Source: Heterodontus francisci
Taxonomy: Eukaryota
Length of the DNA: 64,000 nt
Direction of reading: 5' to 3'
NCBI RefSeq assembly: GCF_036365525.1
Contig: NC_090399.1
Span: 66,830,862 to 66,894,861 of the forward strand
Part shown: positions 7,052 through 17,700 of the stretch, piece by piece
Layout of the letters: each line of letters begins with the position of its first letter
How positions within the stretch are numbered: position 1 is the stretch's first letter
Notes under the pieces: generated by a model
The model's database searches: none
What the model saw: the letters and a program-made list of their open reading frames with translations, nothing else
Told to the model about the DNA's origin: nothing
Made by a program: the position numbers and the translations under genes

Positions 7052-10000
7052 GGTCTGAGAGGGTCTCAATGCCAGGCTGAGTACTGGGGTATTAACCCTC
7101 AGTCATTGGGTATTGGGGTCTGAGCGGGTTTCTGTGCCAGGCTGTGTACTGGGGTATTAACCCTCAGTCAGTGGGTAATGGGGACTGAGAGGGTCTCAGT
7201 GCCAGGCTGTGTACTGGGGTATTAACCCTCAGTCAGTGGGTAATGGGGTCTGAGCGGGTTTCGGTGCCAGGCTGTGTATTGGGGTATTAACCCTTGATCA
7301 GTTGGTATTGGGGTCTGACCGGTTTTGGTGCCAGGCTGTGTATTGGGGTATTAACCCTTGATCAGTTGGTATTGGGGTCTGACCGGTTTTGGTGCCAGGC
7401 TGCGTACTGGGGTATTAACCCTTGGTCAGTTGGTATTGGGGTCTGAGCGGATTTTGGTGCCAGGCTGTGTACTGGGGTATTAACCCTTGGTCAGTTGGTA
7501 TTGGGGTCTGAGCGGGTTTTGGTGCCAGGCTGTGTACTGGGGTATTAACCCTTGGTCAGTTGGCATTGGAGTCTGAGCGGGTTTTGGTGCTAGGCTGTGC
7601 ACTGGGGTATTAACCCTTGGTCAGTTGGTATTAGGGTCTGAGCGGGTTTTGGTGCCAGGCTGTGCACTGGGGTATTAACACTTGGTCAGTTGGTATTGGG
7701 GTCTGAGCGGGTTTTGGTGCCAGGCTGTGTACTGGGGTATTAACCCTTGCTCAGTTGGTATTGGGGTCTGAGCGGGTTTTGGTACCAGGCTGTGTACTGG
7801 GTTATTAACCCTTGGTCAGTTGGTATTGGAGTCTGAGCGGGTTTTGGTGCCAGGCTGTGCACTGGGGTATTAACCCTTGGTCAGTTGGTATTAGGGTCTG
7901 AGCGGGTTTTGGTGCCAGGCTGTGTACTGGGGTATTAACACTTGGTCAGTTGGGATTGGGGTCTGAGCGGGTTTTGGTGCCAGGCTGTGTACTGGGTTAT
8001 TAACCCTTGGTCAGTTGGTATTGGAGTCTGAGCTGGTTTTGGTGCCAGGCTGTGCACTGGGGTATTAACACTTGGTCAGTTGGTATTAGGGTCTGAGCGG
8101 GTTTTGGTCCCAGGCTGTGTACTGGGGTATTAACACTTGGTCAGTTGGTATTGGGGTCTGAGCGGGTTTTGGTGCCAGGCTGTGTACTGGGGTATTAACA
8201 CTTGGTCAGTTGGTATTGGGGTCTGAGCGGGTTTTGGTGCCAGGCTGTGTACTGGGGTATTAACCCTTGGTCAGTTGGTATTGGGGTCTGAGCGGTTTTG
8301 GTGCCAGGCTGTGTACTGGGGTATTAACCCTTGGTCAGTTGGTATTAGGGTCTGAGCGGGTTTTGGTGCCAGGCTGTGTACTGGGGTATTAACACTTGGT
8401 CAGTTGGTATTAGGGTCTGAGCGGGTTTTGGTGCCAGGCTGTGTACTGGGGTATTAACACTTGGTCAGTTGGTATTGGGGTCTGAGCGGGTTTTGGTGCC
8501 AGGCTGTGTACTGGGGTATTAACACTTGGTCAGTTGGTATTAGGGTCTGAGCGGGTTTTGGTGCCAGGCTGTGTACTGGGGTATTAACACTTGGTCAGTT
8601 GGTATTGGGGTCTGAGCGGGTTTTGGTGCCAGGCTGTGTACTGGGGTATTAACCCTTGGTCAGTTGGTATTGGGGTCTGAGCGGTTTTGGTGCTAGGCTG
8701 TGTACTGGGGTATTAACCCTTGGTCAGTTGGTATTGGGGTCTGAGCGGGTTTGGTGCCAGGCTGTGTACTGGGATATTAACCCTTGGTCAGTTGGTATTG
8801 GGGTCTGAGCGGGTTTGGTGCCAGGCTGTGTACTGGGATATTAACACTTGGTCAGTTGGTATTGGGGTCTGAGCGGGTTTGGTGCCAGGCTGTGTACTGG
8901 GATATTAACCCTTGGTCAGTTGGTATTAGGATCTGAGCGGGTTTGGTGCCAGGCTGTGTACTGGGGTATTAACCTTTGGTCAGTTGGTATTGGGGTCTGA
9001 GCGGGTTTGGTGCCAGGCTGTGTACTGGGGTATTAACCTTTGGTCAGTTGGTATTAGGGTCTGAGCGGGTTTGGTGCCAGGCTGTGTACTGGGGTATTAA
9101 CCCTTGGTCAGTTGGTATTGGGGTCTGAGCGGGTTTGCGCCAGGCTGTGTACTGGGGTATTAACCCTTGGTCAGTTGGTATTGGGGTCTGAGCGGGTTTG
9201 GTGCCAGGCTGTGTACTGGGGTATTAACCCTTGGTCAGTTGGTATGGGGGACTGAGAGGGTCTCAGTGCCAGGCTGTGTACTGGGGTATTAACCCTCAGT
9301 CAGTGGGTAATGGGGTCTGAGCGGGTTTCGGTGCCAGGCTGTGTATTGGGGTATTAACCCTTGATCAGTTGGTATTGGGGTCTGACCGGTTTTGGTGCCA
9401 GGCTGTGTATTGGGGTATTAACCCTTGATCAGTTGGTATTGGGGTCTGACCGGTTTTGGTGCCAGGCTGCGTACTGGGGTATTAACCCTTGGTCAGTTGG
9501 TATTGGGGTCTGAGCGGATTTTGGTGCCAGGCTGTGTACTGGGGTATTAACCCTTGGTCAGTTGGTATTGGGGTCTGAGCGGGTTTTGGTGCCAGGCTGT
9601 GTACTGGGGTATTAACCCTTGGTCAGTTGGCATTGGAGTCTGAGCGGGTTTTGGTGCTAGGCTGTGCACTGGGGTATTAACCCTTGGTCAGTTGGTATTA
9701 GGGTCTGAGCGGGTTTTGGTGCCAGGCTGTGCACTGGGGTATTAACACTTGGTCAGTTGGTATTGGGGTCTGAGCGGGTTTTGGTGCCAGGCTGTGTACT
9801 GGGGTATTAACCCTTGCTCAGTTGGTATTGGGGTCTGAGCGGGTTTTGGTACCAGGCTGTGTACTGGGTTATTAACCCTTGGTCAGTTGGTATTGGAGTC
9901 TGAGCGGGTTTTGGTGCCAGGCTGTGCACTGGGGTATTAACCCTTGGTCAGTTGGTATTAGGGTCTGAGCGGGTTTTGGTGCCAGGCTGTGTACTGGGGT

Positions 10001-11470
10001 ATTAACACTTGGTCAGTTGGGATTGGGGTCTGAGCGGGTTTTGGTGCCAGGCTGTGTACTGGGTTATTAACCCTTGGTCAGTTGGTATTGGAGTCTGAGC
10101 TGGTTTTGGTGCCAGGCTGTGCACTGGGGTATTAACACTTGGTCAGTTGGTATTAGGGTCTGAGCGGGTTTTGGTCCCAGGCTGTGTACTGGGGTATTAA
10201 CACTTGGTCAGTTGGTATTGGGGTCTGAGCGGGTTTTGGTGCCAGGCTGTGTACTGGGGTATTAACACTTGGTCAGTTGGTATTGGGGTCTGAGTGGGTT
10301 TTGGTGCCAGGCTGTGTACTGGGGTATTAACCCTTGGTCAGTTGGTATTGGGGTCTGAGCGGTTTTGGTGCCAGGCTGTGTACTGGGGTATTAACCCTTG
10401 GTCAGTTGGTATTAGGGTCTGAGCGGGTTTTGGTGCCAGGCTGTGTACTGGGGTATTAACACTTGGTCAGTTGGCATTAGGGTCTGAGCGGGTTTTGGTG
10501 CCAGGCTGTGTACTGGGGTATTAACACTTGGTCAGTTGGTATTGGGGTCTGAGCGGGTTTTGGTGCCAGGCTGTGTACTGGGGTATTAACACTTGGTCAG
10601 TTGGTATTAGGGTCTGAGCGGGTTTTGGTGCCAGGCTGTGTACTGGGGTATTAACACTTGGTCAGTTGGTATTGGGGTCTGAGCGGGTTTTGGTGCCAGG
10701 CTGTGTACTGGGGTATTAACCCTTGGTCAGTTGGTATTGGGGTCTGAGCGGTTTTGGTGCTAGGCTGTGTACTGGGGTATTAACCCTTGGTCAGTTGGTA
10801 TTGGGGTCTGAGCGGGTTTGGTGCCAGGCTGTGTACTGGGATATTAACCCTTGGTCAGTTGGTATTGGGGTCTGAGCGGGTTTGGTGCCAGGCTGTGTAC
10901 TGGGATATTAACCCTTGGTCAGTTGGTATTGGGGTCTGAGCGGGTTTGGTGCCAGGCTGTGTACTGGGATATTAACCCTTGGTCAGTTGGTATTAGGATC
11001 TGAGCGGGTTTGGTGCCAGGCTGTGTACTGGGGTATTAACCTTTGGTCAGTTGGTATTGGGGTCTGAGCGGGTTTGGTGCCAGGCTGTGTACTGGGGTAT
11101 TAACCTTTGGTCAGTTGGTATTAGGGTCTGAGCGGGTTTGGTGCCAGGCTGTGTACTGGGGTATTAACCCTTGGTCAGTTGGTATTGGGGTCTGAGCGGG
11201 TTTGCGCCAGGCTGTGTACTGGGGTATTAACCCTTGGTCAGTTGGTATTGGGGTCTGAGCGGGTTTGGTGCCAGGCTGTGTACTGGGGTATTAACCCTTG
11301 GTCAGTTGGTATGGGGGTCTGAGCGGGTTTGGTGCCAGGCTGTGTACTGGGGTATTAACCCTTGGTCAGTTGGTATTGGGGTCTGAGCGGGTTTTGGTGC
11401 CAGGCTGTGTACTGGGGTATTAATCCTTGGTCAGTTGGTATTGGGGTCTGAGCGGGTTTGGTGCCAGGCT
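7052..11470. repeat. 64-65-bp minisatellite (~68 copies) with a 2067-bp internal tandem duplication
   Basis: Unit ggtgccaggctgtgtactggggtattaacccttggtcagttggtattggggtctgagcgggtttt. Rare variants recur at +2067 (7184/9251; 9134/11201). Confidence 0.97.
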
Positions 11471-11479
11471 GGGATGGAG

Positions 11480-11990
11480 ACAGGAACACAACAACAGGAG
11501 GCTTTTCAGCCCCTCCAGTCTCTCCCACCAGCCAATGAAATCATGTCTGATCTGTACCTTTGCTCGCTATCCCGTGACATCCTTTCCAAATAAAAAGCTA
11601 ACAATGGAGAGAGAAACAACGTTCTGATAAAAGGTTATTGAACTGAAACATTCACTCTGTTTCTCTCTCTCTACAGATACTGCTAAACCTGCTGGGTATT
11701 TCCAGCATCTTCTATTTTTATTTCAGATTTCCAACATTCTCAGTATTTTGCTTCTGTAAAAATCTCTCTCAGTTTTGAAAGGTTCAGTTGAGCCTCCACA
11801 TCCACAGCCTTGGGGGGGGGGAGGGGGGGTGGGGGGGTGGGGAGGGGGAAGAGTTCCCGATATCCACTGCTCTTTATATGGGATATTGTTTCCTGAATTC
11901 CCTCCGAAATGGCCTCGCTCGAATTTTAAGATGATGCCTCTTGTTCCTGATTCGAGCACCAGAGGGAGCAGTTTCTCACTATCGAATGCT
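11480..11990 (-). mobile_element. CR1-like LINE 3' end (ORF2 C-terminus + 3' UTR), interrupted by a Penelope-derived tail and a G-run
   Basis: Frameshifted minus-strand remnants of the SRTRGH.LK and WNSLP motifs; 11480-11590 resembles the reverse complement of a CR1 3' UTR. Confidence 0.65.
11605..11760 (+). mobile_element. Degenerate Penelope-derived tail/pLTR fragment
   Basis: Homologous to 4833-4965 (ctgataaaaggttattgaactgaaacatt...tccagcatcttctatttttatttcagatttcc). Confidence 0.7.
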
Positions 11991-12100
11991 TGGTATTAAT
12001 TGTCGATTAATTGAGGGTTTAATTATGTTCAGTTTACGGGTATTACTTCAGAATTCAATTGTGCTGCTGTAAATTCTGGTGAGGCAGAGACTTTCCACAT

Positions 12101-13740
12101 TCAGACCCTGCAGAGATACCTGTACGTCGAGCCTCCTCCTTCAGACCCTGCAGAGATACCTGTACGTTGAACCTCTTCCTTCAGACGCTGCAGAGATACC
12201 TGTACGTCGAGCCTCGTCCTTCAGGCCCTGCAGAGATACCTGTACGTTGAGCCTCCTCCTTCAGACGCTGCAGAGATACCTGTACGTTGAGCCTCCTTCT
12301 TCAGACGCTGCAGAGATACCTGTACGTCGAGCCTCGTCCTTCAGGCCCTGCAGAGATACCTGTACGTTGAGCCTCCTGCTTGAGGCCCTGCAGAGATACC
12401 TGTACATCGGGCCTCCTCCTTCAGACCCTGCAGAGATACCTGTACGTCGAGTCTCCTCCTTCAGACCCTGCAGAGATACCTGTACGTCGAGCCTCGTCCT
12501 TCAGACCCTGTAGAGATACCTGTACGTCGAGTCTCCTCCTTCAGACCCTGCAGAGATACCTGTACGTCGAGTCTCCTCCTTCAGACCCTGCAGAGATACC
12601 TGTACGTCGAGCCTCGTCCTTCAGACCCTGCAGAGATACCTGTACGTCGAGTCTCCTCCTTCAGACCCTGCAGAGATACCTGTACGTCGAGTCTCCTCCT
12701 TCAGACCCTGCAGAGATACCTGTACGTCGAGTCTCCTTCTTCAGACGCTGCAGAGATACCTGTACGTCGAGCCTCGTCCTTCAGACCCTGTAGAGATACC
12801 TGGACATCGAGCCTCCTCCTTCAGACCCTGCAGAGATACCTGTACGTCGAGTCTCCTCCTTCAGACCCTGCAGAGATACCTCTACGTCGAGCCTCGTCCT
12901 TCAGACCCTGTAGAGATACCTGTACGTCGAGTCTCCTCCTTCAGACCCTGCAGAGATATCTGTACGTCGGGCCTCCTCCTTCAGACCCTGTAGAGATACC
13001 TGTACGTCGAGTCTCCTCCTTCAGACCCTGCAGAGATACCTGTACGTCGAGTCTCCTCCTTCAGACCCTGCAGAGATACCTCTACGTCGAGCCTCGTCCT
13101 TCAGACCCTGCAGAGATACCTGTACGTCGAGTCTCCTCCTTCAGACCCTGTAGAGATACCTGTACGTCGAGTCTCCTCCTTCAGACCCTGCAGAGATACC
13201 TGTACATCGAGCCTCCTCCTTCAGGCCCTGTAGAGATACCTGTACGTCGAGTCTCCTCCTTCAGACCCTGCAGAGATACCTGTACATCGAGCCTCCTCCT
13301 TCAGGCCCTGTAGAGATACCTGTACGTCGAGCCTCCTCCTTCAGACCCTGCAGAGATACCTGTACGTCGAGCCTCCTCCTTCAGACCCTGCAGAGATACC
13401 TGTACGTCGAGTCTCCTCCTTCAGACCCTGCAGAGATACCTGTACGTCGAGTCTCCTCCTTCAGACCCTGCAGAGATACCTGTACGTCGAGTCTCCTCCT
13501 TCAGACCCTGTAGAGATACCTGTACGTCGAGTCTCCTCCTTCAGACCCTGCAGAGATACCTGTACATCGAGCCTCCTCCTTCAGGCCCTGTAGAGATACC
13601 TGTACGTCGAGTCTCCTCCTTCAGACCCTGTAGAGATACCTGTACGTCGAGTCTCCTCCTTCAGACCCTGTAGAGATACCTGTACATCGGGCCTCCTCCT
13701 TCAGACCCTGCAGAGATACCTGTACGTCGAGCCTCCTCCC
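12101..13740. repeat. 40-bp minisatellite (~41 copies)
   Basis: Unit tcagaccctgcagagatacctgtacgtcgag(c/t)ctcctcct with an exact 40-bp period. Confidence 0.97.
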
Positions 13741-13984
13741 AGATGGTGTGCAATTGCAACATTTTTCGTCCAGAGCTCCTGTTTGAAAACCTGGGGGTCT
13801 TCCTGTGGGAAGTGCAGGAGCTGCCTGTCTTTTACCAGGAACAGATCAGGATCTGGAACATGGACACCTCCAGCCGGAGCAGTCTCCCATCAGGAATGAT
13901 GGATCTACTCCAGGAACTGCTGCTCAGGAATCTGCACCTCCATCAGTCCAGGTTCATGTGGCTGGGAGGGAGAGGGCACAGGCT

Positions 13985-14665
13985 GGCAAGGTGACCAGAG
14001 TCAGGGGTGTACTGGAAGGTGGAGGAGAGGGCACTGCCAAGGTGACCAGAGTCAAGGATTGACTGGATGGTGGAGGAGAGGGCACTGCCAAGGCGACCAG
14101 AGTCAGGGGTGTACTGGATGGTGGAGGAGAGGGCACTGCCAAGGTGACCAGAGTCAGGGGTGTACTGGAAGGTGGAGGAGAGGGCACTGCCAAGGTGACC
14201 AGAGTCAAGTGTGTACTGGATGGTGGAGGAGAGGGCACTGCCAAGGTGACCAGAGTCAGGGGTGTACTGGATGGTGGAGGAGAGGGCACTGCCAAGGCGA
14301 CCAGAGTCAGGGGTGTACTGGAAGGTGGAGGAGAGGGCACTGCCAAGGTGACCAGAGTCAGGGGTGTACTGGATTGTGGAGGAGAGGGCACTGCCAAGGT
14401 GACCAGAGTCAGGGGTGTACTGGATGGTGGAGGAGAGGGCACTGCCAAGGTGACCAGAGTCAGGGACAGACTGGATGATGGAGGAGAGGGCACTGCCAAG
14501 GTGACCAGAGTCAGGCACAGACTGGATGGTGGAGGAGAGGGCACTGCCAAGGTGACCAGACAAGGGTGTACTGTATGGTGGAGGAGAGGGCACTGCCAAT
14601 GTGACCAGAGTCAGGGACAGACTGGATGGTGGAGGAGAGGGCACTAGCTCCAAGGTGACCAGAGT
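13985..14665. repeat. 51-bp minisatellite (~13 copies)
   Basis: Unit caaggtgaccagagtcaggggtgtactggatggtggaggagagggcactgc; period 51 (13988, 14039, ...). Confidence 0.96.
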
Positions 14666-14727
14666 TGGGCGGTGTCCACCAGTGAGGGCGTGCATGCGGT
14701 GTCTGCCCGAGAGGGAGCGAGTGAGGC

Positions 14728-17700
14728 ATTATCGACAGGGACTCTGTGTTGTGTTGTGTTTATTTACAGGGACTCTGTGTTGGGGGTTATCTACAGGGAC
14801 TCTGTGTTGTTTTGGGGTTTATTTACAAAGGCTCTGTGTTGTGTTGGGTTTATTTACAGGGGCTGAGTGTTGTGTTGGGGTTATTTACAGGGGCTCTGTG
14901 TTGTTTTGGAGTTTATTTACAGCGGCTCTGTGTTGTGTTGTCTTGGGGTTTATTTACAGGGGCTCTGTGTTGTGTTGGAGTTTATTTACAGGGACTCTGT
15001 GTTGTGTTGTCTTGGGGTTTATTTACAGGGGCTCTGTGTTGTTTTGGAGTTTATTTACAGCGGCTCTGTGTTGTGTTGTCTTGGGGTTTATTTACAGGGG
15101 CTCTGTGTTGTGTTGGAGTTTATTTACAGGGACTCTGTGTTGTGTTGTCTTGGGGTTTATTTACAGGGGCTCTGTGTTGTGTTGGAGTTTATTTACAGGG
15201 ACTCTGTGTTGTGTTGTGTTGGGGTTTATTTACAGGGGCTCTGAGTTGTGTTGGGGTTTATTTACAGGGACTCTGTTGTGTTGGGGTTTATTTACAGGGG
15301 CTCTGTGTTGTGTTGGGGTAAATTTACAGGGGCTCTGTGTTGTGTTGGAGTTTATTTACAGGGACTCTGTTGTATTGGGGTTTATTTACAGGGGCTCTGT
15401 GTTGTGTTGGGGTAAATTTACAGGGGTTCTGTGTTGTGTTGGGGTTTATTTACAGGGGCTCTGTGTTGTGTTGGGGTTTATTTACAAAGGCTCTGTGTTG
15501 TGTTGGGTTTATTTACAGGGGCTGTGTGTTGTGTTGGGGTTATTTACAGGGGCTCTGTGTTGTTTTGGGGTTTATTTACAAAGGCTCTGTGTTGATTTGG
15601 GTTTATTTACAGGGGCTCTGTGTTGTGTCGGTGTTTATTTACAGGGGCTCTGTGTTGTGTTGGGGTTTATGTACAGGGGCTCTGTGTTGTGTTGGGGTTT
15701 ATTTACAGGGGCTCTGTGTTGTTTTGGGGTTTATTTACAAAGGCTCTGTGTTGTGTTGGGTTTATTTCCATGGGCTGTGTGTTGTGTTGGGGTTATTTAC
15801 AGGGGCTCTGTGTTGGTTTGGGGTTTATTTACAGGGGCTCTGTGTTGTGTTGGAGTTTATTTACAGGGACTCTGTTGTGTTGTGTTGGGGTTTATTTACA
15901 GGGGCTCTGAGTTGTGTTGGGGTTTATTTACAGGGACTCTGTTGCGTTGGGGTTTATTTACAGGGGCACTGTGTTGTATTGTTTTGAGGTTTATTTACAG
16001 GGGCTCTGAGTTGTGTTGGGGTTTATTTACAGGGACTCTGTTGTGTTGGAGTTTATTTACAGGGACTCTGTGTTGTTTTGGGGTAAATTTACAGGGGTTC
16101 TGTGTTGTGTTGGGGTTTATTTACAGGGGCTCTGTTGCGTTGGGGTTTATTTACAGGGTCTCTTTGTTGTGTTGTGTTGGGGTTTATTTACAGGGGCTCT
16201 GTGTTGTGTTGGGGTTTACTTACAGGGGCTCTGTGTTGTGTTGTTTTGGGGTTTATTTCCATGGGACTCTGTGTTGTGTTGGGGTTTATTTACAGGGGCT
16301 CTGTGTTGTGTTGTTTTGGGGTTTATTTCCAGGGACTCTGTGTTGTGTTGGGGTTTATTTACAGGGACTCTGTGTTGTGTTGGGGTTTATTTACAGGGGA
16401 CCTGTGTTGTGTTGGGGTTTATTTACTGCTGATCTGTGTTGTGTTGTTTTGGGGTTTATTTACAGGGGCTCTGTGATGTGTTGGGGTTTATTTGCAAGGA
16501 CTCTGCTGTTTTGGGGTCTATTTCCAGGGACTCTGTGTTGTGTTGGAGTTTATTTACAGGGACTCTGTGTTGTGTTGGGGTTTATTTACAGGGGACCTGT
16601 GTTGTGTTGGGGTTTATTTACTGCTGATCTGTGTTGTGTTGTTTTGGGGTTTATTTCCAGGGACTCTGTGTTGTGTTGGGGTTTATTTGCAAGGACTCTG
16701 CTGTTTTGGGGTCTATTTCCAGGGACTCTGTGTTGTGTTGGAGTTTATTTACAGGGACTCTGTGTTGTGTTGGGGTTTATTTACAGGGGACCTGTGTTGT
16801 GTTGGGGTTTATTTACTGCTGATCTGTGTTGTGTTGTTTTGGGGTTTATTTACAGGGGCTCTGTGATGTGTTGGGGTTTATTTACAGGGACTCTGTTGTG
16901 TTGGGGTTTATTTACAGGGGCTCTGTGTTGTGTTGTGGTTAATTATCAGGGGTTCTGTGTTGTGTTGGGGTTTATTTACAGGGGCTCTGTGTTGTGTTGT
17001 GTTGGAGTTTATTTACAGGGACTCTGTTGTGTTGGGGTTTATTTACAGGGGCTCTCTGTTGTGTTGGGGTTTATTTACAGGGGCTCTGTGTTGTGTTGTG
17101 GTTTATTCACAGAGACTCTGTGTTGTGTTGGGGTTTATTTACAGGGGCTCTGTGTTGTGTTGTTTTGGGGTTTATTTACAGGGGCTCAGTGTTGTGTTGG
17201 GGTTTTTTTTACAGGGACTCTGTGTTGTGTTGTGTTGGGGTTTATTTACAGGGGCTCTGTGTTGTGTTGTTTTGGGGTTTATTTCCAGGGGCTCTGTGTT
17301 GCGTTGGGGTTTATTTACAGGGTCTCTGTTGTGTTGGGGTTTATTTACAGGGGCTCTGTGTTGTGTTGTGTTGGGGTTTATTTACAGGGGCTCTGTGTTG
17401 TGTTGGGGTTTATTTACAGGGGCTCTGTGTTGTGTTGTTATGGGGTTTATTTACAGGGGCTCTGTTTTGTGTTGTGTTGGGGTTTATTTACAGGGGCTCT
17501 GTGTTGTGTTGCGGTTTATTTACAGGGGCTCTGTGTTGTGTTGGGGTTTATTTACAGGGACTCTGTTGTGTTGGGGTTTATTTACATGGGCTCTGTGTTG
17601 TGTTGTTTTGGGGTTTATTTACAGGGGCTCTGTGTTGTGTTGGGGTTTATTTACAGGGACTCTGTTGTGTTGGGGTTTATTTACAGGGGCTCTGTGTTGT

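Larger units (their letters stand above)
12079..14725 (+). mobile_element. Tx1-like (L1 clade) LINE ORF2 remnant, expanded by two internal minisatellites
   Basis: Peptide order TFR..QTLQRYLYVEPPPRW ... ELPVFYQEQIRIWNM ... LLQELLLRN ... KVTRVRGVLDG is colinear with post-RT Tx1 ORF2 motifs as I recall them; no database search was run. Confidence 0.68.

Noticed and set aside
6559-7123. Multiple overlapping ORFs around the promoter
   Set aside because: Generated by the 40-bp repeat; only 6992-7040 has a recognisable leader and splice donor.
11811-11848. G-run as a functional G-quadruplex element
   Set aside because: A short homopolymer-like expansion inside a decayed CR1 fragment, with no further support.
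7052-14665. Regular repeats as CRISPR arrays
   Set aside because: Head-to-tail units with no unique spacers, no cas genes, and a vertebrate context.
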